Source: Acidobacteriota bacterium (GTDB lineage: Bacteria; Acidobacteriota; UBA6911; RPQK01; JAJDTT01). From it: 64,000 bases of DNA. Position 1 is the first letter of the stretch. Each line of letters begins with the position of its first letter. A program made the position numbers and the translations under genes. The DNA lies in contig CBDCJH010000002.1 of NCBI GenBank assembly GCA_965217775.1, positions 5,408,001-5,472,000 of the forward strand, written 5' to 3'. Under the pieces are notes generated by a model. That model searched no databases. It was given only the letters and a program-made list of their open reading frames with translations, and was not told the origin of the DNA. This document shows, piece by piece, positions 48,505-57,330 of the stretch.

Positions 48505-49482
48505 ATGCACAGGCGGACCACCTGGATCGTGATCAGTCTTTTGGCGCTCGGGTTTCCTTTCTCCGCTTCAGCTCAAGACGCCGCTCCGACAGCAAAGGAT
48601 GATGGTGCCGGTACGTCGAGAGTCGAAGTCGAGGTGGCGCTGGAGCACATCCGGGTCACCTTCCTGGTGCGCGACGATCGGGGCCACCTGATCCGCAACC
48701 TCTCCAAAGACGACTTCGTTGTGCTGGAAAACGGCCGGCCCCAGAACATCACCCTGCTTGAAGAGCAGGAGGTCCCCATCAACGTGGTGGTCATGGTGGA
48801 TACCAGTTGGAGCCTCCAGGATCTCCTGAAGAATGCCGTGGAGACGGCGATCGACTTCTTTCGCGGGCTGGAGAACGAAAGTGCGGCTGTCGTCCGATTC
48901 TCCCGAACTCCCGAGTTGATCCTGGATTGGGACGAGAGACCACCGGATATCCGGTCGCTGCTGGCTGGCGTCTCCAGCGACGGCAAGACGGCTCTCTACG
49001 ATTCGGTGATCTGGGTCTGCCGAAACGTCCTGGAGTCTCGATCGGGCAAGAAAGTGGTCGTCCTGATCAGTGACGGAATAGACACCGCCAGCAGAGCCAG
49101 TTTCCGTGACATGATCCGAGTCTCGCGGCAAGAGGGAATCACCGTCTACCCCATCATCTACACCAACCAGTTCATCCAGAACTATCGCCATGAACTGGGC
49201 GATCGAGAGGCGCCGATCCGGAGCAACATCAGTCGCGCCTTTCACCGGTTCGTAGTGGGTCAGAACCGATTTTTGGAGCAGACTCGGCGCTACGGGGGCC
49301 GGACCATCTTCTCGGACTCCTTCCTCGACCTGAGCCAGATCTACGCGGATATCATCGAAGAGATGAAGAGCCACTACGTCCTGTACTATCAGTCCGACGC
49401 CCGAGCCGAGGACGAATCGCACGAAGTCCGGATGTTTACCCGGCGGATTCCGGGAAGGATCTTCGTTGAATTCAGCCAGTGA
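48505..49482 (+). CDS. secreted VWA-domain protein (acidobacterial VWFA-related type)
   Basis: RNLSKDDFVVLENG, DTSWS MIDAS motif, TALYDS, LISDGID. Confidence 0.9.
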   Translation: MHRRTTWIVISLLALGFPFSASAQDAAPTAKDDGAGTSRVEVEVALEHIRVTFLVRDDRGHLIRNLSKDDFVVLENGRPQNITLLEEQEVPINVVVMVDTSWSLQDLLKNAVETAIDFFRGLENESAAVVRFSRTPELILDWDERPPDIRSLLAGVSSDGKTALYDSVIWVCRNVLESRSGKKVVVLISDGIDTASRASFRDMIRVSRQEGITVYPIIYTNQFIQNYRHELGDREAPIRSNISRAFHRFVVGQNRFLEQTRRYGGRTIFSDSFLDLSQIYADIIEEMKSHYVLYYQSDARAEDESHEVRMFTRRIPGRIFVEFSQ

Positions 49483-49570
49483 AGCCGGCGCGCCTCCGGG
49501 TTGAAGAGGCGTGTAGAATATAGGCGCAAGGTTTGAGCTGGCCATGTTCTATTGCGACTGGAAGTGAAAG

Positions 49571-50650
49571 ATGAGTGACAAGCAGGCGATTCTGGAGGCG
49601 CTGAAAAGAGTTCAGGACCCGGATCTCCGACGAGATATCGTTTCCCTGGGGTTCGTCAAGGAAGTCAAGCTCTGTGGTCCGGCGGCCGCCGTCACCATCG
49701 AATTGACCACGCCGGCCTGTCCGGTGAAGGATTTGATGAAGGAGCAGGCGCGGCAAGCGATCCTTTCGCTACCGGGAATCGAAGAGGCCCACGTCACCAT
49801 GACGGCGCAGGTGCGATCCTCGATGGGATCCCGGGGGGCCGCCCTCCTGCCCGACGTGAAGAACGTCATCCCGGTGGCCAGCGGAAAGGGCGGAGTGGGG
49901 AAGTCGACCGTCAGCGCCAACCTGGCTCTGGCCCTGGCGCGGAGCGGGGCAAGGGTCGGCCTGTTGGACGCCGACGTCTATGGGCCCAGCATTCCCACTC
50001 TCATGGGGATCTCCGGCAAGCCGGACATGGCGCCCGGGAACCGCATCCTCCCGATCCGGCAGTACGGCGTCGGCGTCATCTCCATGGGTTTCTTCCTCCC
50101 CCAGGACAAGGCCGTCATCTGGCGGGGTCCCATGCTGGACAAGATGATCGGCCAGTTCCTGGGCGGAGTCCAATGGGGAGCGCTGGACTACCTGGTGATC
50201 GATCTGCCGCCGGGTACGGGGGACGTTCAGCTTAGCCTCTGCCAGAAGATCTCCCTGACCGGAGCCGTGGTGGTTTCAACTCCCCAGGACGTGGCCCTGA
50301 ACGTGGCCCAGAAGGCCATCATCATGTTCAACCAGTTGAACTGTCCCGTCCTTGGGATGGTGGAGAACATGAGCTACTACGTTTGCAATTGCTGCGGAGC
50401 GCGGGAGGAAATCTTCGGAGCCGGAGGCGCGCAGCGGGTCAGCGAGCAACTGGAGCTTCCCCTGTTGGGGAACATCCCTCTCTCCACCGACATTCGAGTC
50501 CAGTCCGACCGGGGCCGTCCCATCGTTCTGGATGCTCCCGAGTCGCTGGCTGCCAAATCCTTCGTGAGCGTGGCCGAAAACCTCGCGGCGCAGATCAGCA
50601 TCCGCAACATGTCCAGCGAGCTGAATCAGGAAATCCAGATCGCCTTCTAG
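49571..50650 (+). CDS. mrp: Mrp/ApbC Fe-S cluster carrier ATPase
   Basis: LTTPACP, SGKGGVGKST, DADVYGPS, DLPPGTGD, ENMS..CxxC. Confidence 0.95.
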   Translation: MSDKQAILEALKRVQDPDLRRDIVSLGFVKEVKLCGPAAAVTIELTTPACPVKDLMKEQARQAILSLPGIEEAHVTMTAQVRSSMGSRGAALLPDVKNVIPVASGKGGVGKSTVSANLALALARSGARVGLLDADVYGPSIPTLMGISGKPDMAPGNRILPIRQYGVGVISMGFFLPQDKAVIWRGPMLDKMIGQFLGGVQWGALDYLVIDLPPGTGDVQLSLCQKISLTGAVVVSTPQDVALNVAQKAIIMFNQLNCPVLGMVENMSYYVCNCCGAREEIFGAGGAQRVSEQLELPLLGNIPLSTDIRVQSDRGRPIVLDAPESLAAKSFVSVAENLAAQISIRNMSSELNQEIQIAF

Positions 50651-50663
50651 CCCGAGTAGCCGG

Positions 50664-50972
50664 TTGCACATTCCTTCCAAGATCACCCGGGCCAATCAGC
50701 ACGATGTCGCCATCACCTGGAGTGACGGGCACCAGAGTCTCTATCCCGCTAGGGATCTCCGCCTTGCCTGCCCCTGTGCCTCCTGCGTCGACGAGATGAC
50801 GGGCCTGCGCATCCTGCAGCCGGGACAGGTCAACCAGGGCATCGCTCCAGCGTCGCTGGAGTTGGTGGGCCGCTACGCGATCCGGATCTGGTGGCAGGAC
50901 GGGCACTCCAGCGGCATCTATACCTTCAACTACTTGCGCGAACTCTGCCCCTGTAAGGAATGCCGGGGATGA
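50664..50972 (+). CDS. DUF971 family protein
   Basis: WSDGH, LRLACPCASC, VGRYAI, DGHSSGIY. Confidence 0.9.
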   Translation: MHIPSKITRANQHDVAITWSDGHQSLYPARDLRLACPCASCVDEMTGLRILQPGQVNQGIAPASLELVGRYAIRIWWQDGHSSGIYTFNYLRELCPCKECRG

Positions 50973-50973
50973 G

Positions 50974-51774
50974 TCAGTGAGACTCTTTGTACTGTCTGCG
51001 GCCCACCCATGCCGTCGCCCGGGCCGTCAGGGCGGGCGATAGACGGTTCAAGCCGATGAGCAGCCGGCCCAGCCCGCTCAGGTGCACTTCCCGGCGCCGG
51101 CGCCGGACCGCCTCGACGATGACGCGGGCCACCGATTCCGCCGTGTCCGGCCGAAACGGCCTGCTGGCAACCTGGGCGCTCTCGGTGCGGGTAGCCGCCT
51201 CGTGGAACTCGGTTTCGGTAAAGCCGGGACAGATGAGGCTGATCCCGACCCCACTCCCTCTCAGTTCTCCCCAGAGGGCTTCGGCCAGGGCCGCCTGCGC
51301 GAATTTGGTCACGCAGTAAGCTGAACTATAGGGCATGGCTCTTCGTCCGATGACACTGCTGACCAGGACGATGTGTCCACTTCCTTGTTCGATCATTCCG
51401 GGAAGGGCGGCATGGATGGTCTCGTACCCGGACTGGAAGTTGACCTGCCAGATTCGAGCCACCGTCTCCGGGGGAATCTCGACCACTGGGCCCACAACGC
51501 CATAGCCGGCATTGGAGACGACCACGTCGAGACCCTGGAGATGCCGGCGGCACTCGTGGGCGATCGCCGTCCCGCGATCCGGCTGACTCAGATCGTGAGC
51601 TGCCCAGAGGGCCTGGGGAGCACCTCTGCGGCGGCATTCGCCCGCCACCTGCTCCAATCGTTCGCTTCGCCGGGCCACCAGAAAGAGTTCGCACCCTTCC
51701 TCGGCAAACGCGTAGGCAGTGGCTTCACCGATTCCGGCCGACGCCCCGGTGATGAGAACCTTCTTGTGTCGCAT
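50974..51774 (-). CDS. short-chain dehydrogenase/reductase
   Basis: TGASAGIG, NAG, YCVTK. Confidence 0.93.
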   Translation of the reverse strand: MRHKKVLITGASAGIGEATAYAFAEEGCELFLVARRSERLEQVAGECRRRGAPQALWAAHDLSQPDRGTAIAHECRRHLQGLDVVVSNAGYGVVGPVVEIPPETVARIWQVNFQSGYETIHAALPGMIEQGSGHIVLVSSVIGRRAMPYSSAYCVTKFAQAALAEALWGELRGSGVGISLICPGFTETEFHEAATRTESAQVASRPFRPDTAESVARVIVEAVRRRRREVHLSGLGRLLIGLNRLSPALTARATAWVGRRQYKESH

Positions 51775-51864
51775 GGATTTGCGATTCGACGCCGTCCTTC
51801 TCTCCGCGGCCAAAGCCGATCCGCAGCCGCCGTGACGGGTCGAGTCCGCCCGTTCCCGGGTGGT

Positions 51865-52605
51865 TCATCTCCGAGTCTTGGCCAGAATCATTGCACCTCT
51901 CCAGCGGATTGCCTTGAGTTGCTCCAGCTTCATCTCGAGGGAAGTGCCGGGCAGGTCGCTGTCCGCCAGGGTCAGGAGCAGGGGGATGGTCCTTCCCGAC
52001 TTGGGTTTGATGCTCATCTCCTTCCAGGAAAAGAGGACCTCCAAGGTGGCGGTGTGCTGTTTCTGTCTGGCCGTGACGATGGGAGCGGAGGTGGCGGTTT
52101 CCATACCCCTGTAACCCTTCAGCAGGCGGTGCCATCCAAAGGGTCCCCGGCTTTCGATGCGAGGCGTCATCCAGAAGGTGTAGTCATAGTCGGACCGGCG
52201 AATGTGGAATTTCAGGTAGTCGTAGAAGAGCGTCCGGTCCCGGCGTCTCCGATCGGGAGTCAGCCAGACCGCATCCCGCCTGCGGACACGCTCGATATCC
52301 CAGATGTTGTCGGTCCAGTGCATGGCCAGATAGAGGTTTTCCTTGTCCCAGAGGCCCTGAATTCGAAGCTCGACGTCTCCTTCCTCGAACCCTTCGTCGC
52401 CGCTTGAGGGCAGGAGCTTCAACCAGGGAACTCCCTGCCACTCGTCGGTGAACCCGTCGATTTGGATGTGCCTCTGGCGTTCAGGAATCTCCCAGCGCTG
52501 CTGCGCCAGAACCGGGACGTCACCCAGGAAGAAGCAAGCCAGAAGAGTCAATGATGCTGTTTTGGGAACTAGGAGTCTGCGCTGGCTCCAGGTCAAGGTC
52601 TTCAC
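51865..52605 (-). CDS. secreted hypothetical protein, CBM9/DOMON-like
   Basis: signal peptide, IQIDGFTDEW, WDKENLYLA, LEVLFSW. Confidence 0.65.
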   Translation of the reverse strand: MKTLTWSQRRLLVPKTASLTLLACFFLGDVPVLAQQRWEIPERQRHIQIDGFTDEWQGVPWLKLLPSSGDEGFEEGDVELRIQGLWDKENLYLAMHWTDNIWDIERVRRRDAVWLTPDRRRRDRTLFYDYLKFHIRRSDYDYTFWMTPRIESRGPFGWHRLLKGYRGMETATSAPIVTARQKQHTATLEVLFSWKEMSIKPKSGRTIPLLLTLADSDLPGTSLEMKLEQLKAIRWRGAMILAKTRR

Positions 52606-52973
52606 CCCTACACTGATCCGATCATAGTTTTCAGGAGCAAATGCATTGTAGCACCCGGACGAGGGAAAAGAGGAAACAGAGGGAGCTGTCGGTGATGTTT
52701 TCGGTGCGGAGTTTGGAAAAGGAGGGTGAGGAAATTTCTACCGCTTGGTACCCGGGTTGGTCGGAGAAACAGAGTGTCGCGTCGATCTGAGTCAGGTGTC
52801 CGTGACGAGACCATTTTCCGTGCTGACGCCGCTGGGCGTAAACTACGCACCTTTCTTCACTCTTTTCCTCTTTTCTCGTTCCTCTTTTCTCCCCTTCCGG
52901 GGCTTGTCAGGCGGTCCTCCTGAAGCGTACTCTCTGCCGGTAGCCGGAATAAGCCCGGCGGTCGCGACGATGG

Positions 52974-53137
52974 TAACAGTCCGTGGTGAAAGTCCCGCGA
53001 GCACCGAGACCGTTCCTGCGCCCGCCGGACAAGGCGCGATTCGGGTGCATACCGGGAGTATGTGCCCGAATCGCAACGCCGTCCGCCGGGATGCAGGGAC
53101 GGTCGAATGCCGTGATGACTTTTGCCACGGGCTGGTA
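52974..53137 (-). mobile_element. 160-bp MITE flanked by TA (copy 2, inverted)
   Basis: reverse complement of 15203-15366 with few substitutions. Confidence 0.88.
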
Positions 53138-53140
53138 AGG

Positions 53141-53557
53141 ATGCCCTCCGTTCTTTTCGTATGCACCGGCAACTCCGCCCGCAGCCAGATGGCCGAGGGT
53201 TTCGCTCGGCGCCATGGTTCGAAATGGGTCCGGGTGGAGAGCGCGGGTGTCCGCCCAGCCGGTCTCAACCCGTATGCCGTCTGGGCCATGAACGAGGTGG
53301 GTATCGATATTTCGCAGCAGACTTCCGACGCGCTGGGAGACAAGGATCTCCGGCGCTACGATCATTTCATTACCCTGTGCGGGAACGCCCGGGACTCGTG
53401 TCCGGTGCTGCCGGCGGAGCTTCGATCGGAACATTGGGACCTTCCCGACCCGGCGCGGATCTGGGGGACTCCTGAGGAAAGGATGAGCGGCTTTCGGGTG
53501 GTCCGGTATTTGATCGAGCAACGGGTCCTGGAGCTGCTGAATCGGCTCACTCGTTGA
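53141..53557 (+). CDS. arsC: thioredoxin-coupled arsenate reductase / LMW-PTP family
   Basis: LFVCTGNSARSQMAEG, ITLCGNARDSCP resolving cysteines, HWDLPDP. Confidence 0.85.
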   Translation: MPSVLFVCTGNSARSQMAEGFARRHGSKWVRVESAGVRPAGLNPYAVWAMNEVGIDISQQTSDALGDKDLRRYDHFITLCGNARDSCPVLPAELRSEHWDLPDPARIWGTPEERMSGFRVVRYLIEQRVLELLNRLTR

Positions 53558-53602
53558 GGAAGCATGTGACGGCTGACGTTGGAGGCTGCTAGAATCCAAG
53601 CC

Positions 53603-53893
53603 ATGTTCCGGTCTTTTCTCTGCGCCGTATTGTTGTTGACGCTACTTCAGCCCGCGTGTTTCTGGCGGAAGAAACCCATCGAAGAAAGGGTCTTCGACGT
53701 CTACGGGACGGTGGAGTCCATCAACCCGGACGAGTTGGTCATCACCGCCCGAAAGAAGGGCCGCCTCACCTTCGCCATGACCGACGCCTCCATCAAGGGA
53801 GGAGATTTCGGACCCGGCGCCTACGTCCACACCTACTACAAGCTGAAGGGCGACGTGAAAGAGGTGACCATGGTCGTCGAGAAGATCGATTGA
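53603..53893 (+). CDS. small lipoprotein, OB-fold-like
   Basis: LLQPAC lipobox, then beta-rich VYGTVESI. Confidence 0.7.
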   Translation: MFRSFLCAVLLLTLLQPACFWRKKPIEERVFDVYGTVESINPDELVITARKKGRLTFAMTDASIKGGDFGPGAYVHTYYKLKGDVKEVTMVVEKID

Positions 53894-53910
53894 AACTGAA
53901 CTGTGAAGCC

Positions 53911-54696
53911 ATGAGTGGCTCGATTCGACTTCCCAAGGATTTTGATCGTTACCTGACCATACCCAACGCCGAGGCCCGTTTGGACGAGGCCATGGAAGTG
54001 GGGGAGAAGATGGCCGGGGCCGGGATACCCCTCCTTCCCAATCCGGACCACGCGGCCATCTTCAGCGATCCTCCGCACTTGGTCGCCGGCCCACTGAGGG
54101 AACTTGGGTATGTGGCCGGATGGGACACTCGTTGCTACCCCTCGCCGGTGGACGGCCACGACTACATCAACGTTCCATCGGGTCTTCCGGGAAACAGCGC
54201 CGCCAGAGACCAGGGCTGGTTCGACTACGTCGCCGTGGTCCATCCGGTCGATCAGCCGGCCCGGAATCAAATGCTCCGGCAGGGACACGGCAATCCATTC
54301 ATCCATCACATCACGTGGGGCATCGCGCCGCCGGATTCCGGTGGTTCGGAAGAGTCTCTGGAGCGAGCCGGCCGGATCATCTCCTTTATGGCTGAAGTCA
54401 GGACCCGGATCCCAGGCTTGCTGGCCTCGGAGCCGGGAACCCTGATCATGGCCCTTCCCCGGGAAATCGCCGAAAACCCGGAGTTGGAAAGCCGGCTACC
54501 CGGTTGGCTCGGTGATTTGACGGAGGAGGATTACCAGATCGAGACCATGCAGGGGGGCGGATTCCTGCTCCAGTTCTTCGTGCTGACCGGCGGCAGAATC
54601 GAGGTCGCCCTTCGCTCCGGCACTCGGCAGACCTTCAACCCCAAGAGCGTCCACAAAATTTCCCGCGACGAGATCAGCACCGACCAGGCGGACTGA
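53911..54696 (+). CDS. hypothetical protein, probable VOC/HPPD-like metalloenzyme
   Basis: PDHAAI, IHHITW, GFLLQFF, IEVALR..TF motif order. Confidence 0.7.
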   Translation: MSGSIRLPKDFDRYLTIPNAEARLDEAMEVGEKMAGAGIPLLPNPDHAAIFSDPPHLVAGPLRELGYVAGWDTRCYPSPVDGHDYINVPSGLPGNSAARDQGWFDYVAVVHPVDQPARNQMLRQGHGNPFIHHITWGIAPPDSGGSEESLERAGRIISFMAEVRTRIPGLLASEPGTLIMALPREIAENPELESRLPGWLGDLTEEDYQIETMQGGGFLLQFFVLTGGRIEVALRSGTRQTFNPKSVHKISRDEISTDQAD

Positions 54697-54850
54697 CTCG
54701 AATAAGGTTGACCTCTCTCAGAGGGGTCCCGACCACTCGTTCAGGAAGTGCTGACCGGTTCTCCACACTCTTTCCTCGGCAGCAACAATGTCACCGGCCG
54801 ACATTACAATCGCCGTCCGCCGTTGGACGATTAGGAAACCTTAAGGGAAT

Positions 54851-56446
54851 ATGACGGAAGATATAGCCAGAAGCGGCATTCTTACCCTGGCCGAAGCTGC
54901 GGCATTCATGCGTGTGAGCGAGAAGACCCTGGGAGAAATGGCTCGGACCCGGCGCGTACCTTCGCAGAAGGTCGGCCGTGAGTGGCGTTTCTTGCGCGCT
55001 GACCTTGAAGCGTGGCTGGCTGGACCCATCCGGCGATCAGCAAATGGAGGTGCGAATCGTTTCACGGCTGGACCCGCGTCTGTCCGGGAAGCGATTGCCG
55101 AGGGGGGCGTGAAATACGAACTTCTGCCGGTTTCGGGATTTCGGGATACTGCGTTCTCACGAAACCGTGCCAGCACGCTCCACCGATGGGTCCCGTGGGT
55201 CGCCGGCTTCTCTGGGTCGTTCGTCGCCGGAGTGCTCGACGCGGTGCGGAGTCGGAGTCGTCGGATGTTTGTCTTGGACCCGTTCGCAGGCGTGGGTACA
55301 ACCTTGATCGAAGCGCTCAAGCAGGGCGACGACGCGATCGGCTTTGAGATCAATCCTTACGCTGCGCTGGCATGTAAGACCAAAATCCAGACCGCAAAAT
55401 ACGATGTCTCCATCCTGGAGACGATGATTGCTCGCTTTGAGGATTACGGCGAGGAAGAATCGTGGCTGAACGGAAAACCCACATCGAGACGACCGCGCGG
55501 CTTTCGTAGTCGAGTTCCGTTTTTCAGTCCGGACATCGAGCTGCAAGTTCTAGCGTGTCTGGACTTCATCGAAGAGCAAACGACGGGTTGGGTCAAGGAC
55601 CTGTTTCAGGTTGCCTTCGGGTCGGTCATGGTCAGCGTTTCCAACTACTCCTACGAGCCAAGCCTCGGCACGCGCGCTGGCGCCGGCAAGCCCAACATCG
55701 AAATTGCCGACGTTTTCGGCATCGTCCGGCGCAAGTTGTTGCAGATTCGCCAGGATATCGTGACATTCCAAGGTTGGATGGCCAAGCATGGCCGGACTCC
55801 GTCGGCGACGGTTCACCCGCTCTCCTACTTGGACCACGCGCATCGGATCGAGCCCCATAGCATCGATGTGGTCATTACGTCGCCACCGTACCTGAACAAC
55901 TATCACTACTTGAGAAATACGCGTCCTCACTTGTACTGGCTCGGGATGGTTCACGAACCTTCCCAATTGAAAGCTATCGAACATCGGAGCTTTGGACGGT
56001 TCTGGCAGACGGTTCGATCCGGTCCCGAAGTCGTATTGAACCCCTGTATGCCTCAACTGGCAGAAAAGTTACGGGAACTGAGGGGGCGCCATCCGGAAAA
56101 AGGTGTCTACGGAGGCTCAGGATGGGCAAACTACGCTACCGTTTACTTCAATGATTGCCAGCGATTCTGCGCCGACACCCTGATTCGCATGCGCCCCGGT
56201 GGCACGGTTGTGGTCGTCATCGGCAACAATATTCTGCAAGGCATGGAGTTCCAGACGGATCGATTGTTTGCCGAAATCGCGGAGAGGGAAGGGTTCAAAA
56301 TAATTGACATGCATGAGGTGCGCAAGAAACGTACCGGAAACAGCATCATCAACTCATCCGTGCGGGTCGGGAGCGTAAAAAAGAAAGTCCGGTTGTACGA
56401 AACTGCGGTGGAACTCCGTGCACCTGAATCACCGCATATCAACTAG
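54851..56446 (+). CDS. excisionase-like HTH fused to an amino (probably N4-cytosine, alpha-class) DNA methyltransferase
   Basis: LTLAEAAAFMRVS..KVGREWRF HTH_17-like; DPFAGVGTT (motif I) precedes TSPPY (motif IV). Confidence 0.9.
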   Translation: MTEDIARSGILTLAEAAAFMRVSEKTLGEMARTRRVPSQKVGREWRFLRADLEAWLAGPIRRSANGGANRFTAGPASVREAIAEGGVKYELLPVSGFRDTAFSRNRASTLHRWVPWVAGFSGSFVAGVLDAVRSRSRRMFVLDPFAGVGTTLIEALKQGDDAIGFEINPYAALACKTKIQTAKYDVSILETMIARFEDYGEEESWLNGKPTSRRPRGFRSRVPFFSPDIELQVLACLDFIEEQTTGWVKDLFQVAFGSVMVSVSNYSYEPSLGTRAGAGKPNIEIADVFGIVRRKLLQIRQDIVTFQGWMAKHGRTPSATVHPLSYLDHAHRIEPHSIDVVITSPPYLNNYHYLRNTRPHLYWLGMVHEPSQLKAIEHRSFGRFWQTVRSGPEVVLNPCMPQLAEKLRELRGRHPEKGVYGGSGWANYATVYFNDCQRFCADTLIRMRPGGTVVVVIGNNILQGMEFQTDRLFAEIAEREGFKIIDMHEVRKKRTGNSIINSSVRVGSVKKKVRLYETAVELRAPESPHIN

Positions 56447-57007
56447 CCGCTTTACGATCTGTTTCAGATTCTCCTCGGCCTTCAACTTTGCAGCCCATGA
56501 CCTTCCCGGATGAACGATATCCTAGCGTGGACGCCGCATATTGCGGCGCCCCTTTCCAGGATCATGGTTGCCGAACCCGTCGATTACGGTATTCCAGATC
56601 GGCTGGAAGTGTTCGAGCAGGAATCGTTCTGCCGGATTGATCCAAACCGGGACGACTACCAAATAACGGCAGTGAAATTCGCTCAAGGTGAGATTGTCGA
56701 CTTGTTCGATTGATCGGGCATGTTGTCTCAAGCGTAGGTACAACGCTCTGCCCGCTGCCGGACTCTTCTTTTTGCTGCCTTTTCTCCCACCCTGGGGTAT
56801 AGCCTTGCCCACATAGATCGGTGTGGCCGATTCACGACTAGCGACCCGAGAGTAGAAGGGTAATTCTCCGCGGTAATACAGTGCGTACACGCTTGAGCCA
56901 GCAAAAGCCTCGGCCGGAGGCAACTCTGTAGGTGGAGTTTCCAGAAGAGCGCGCACCACACTGTGTGCGAGATTGTCGTAGTCGAGCGGATCGTAAGATG
57001 CGTCCAT
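56429..57007 (-). pseudogene. Eco29kI-family GIY-YIG restriction endonuclease with internal nonsense codon
   Basis: VYALYY, IYVGKA, RLRQH, PIWN..DGFGNHDPG; TAG at 56522-56524 followed in frame by DIVHPGRSWA. Confidence 0.88.
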
Positions 57008-57330
57008 ATCCCAGGTAGTCCGGTTCTCGGAACTCGCTCAGGATCGGCGACCGACAACAAGTATTGGATCGATCAGTCAGCCACCCTCAACACCGACCAT
57101 TACTGGGACAGCAGGTTACCGCATGCCGAACGTCACGTCATCGAAGTGACCACATTCAGATCGCGTTTAACACTCCCCCTGTCTGAGGAGTGATGGCTCC
57201 AAAGGCCACAGTAGCGGTCGATGCGTGTTCGGATGAACCAGCGTACACGAAACCGACCTTAAATTTTCTGAGTCCAGCCACAGATCTGAAGACACCTTCC
57301 ACCAATGAGAGATCCAAGGCTTACGTATCG

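Noticed and set aside
52745-53140. Apparent long N-terminal extension of ArsC
   Set aside because: Read-through of the MITE and intergenic DNA; homology starts at ATG 53141
56522-56524. Pyrrolysine or programmed readthrough of TAG
   Set aside because: The position corresponds to a conserved Trp (TGG to TAG); no pyl genes are seen and other genes use TAG as a stop
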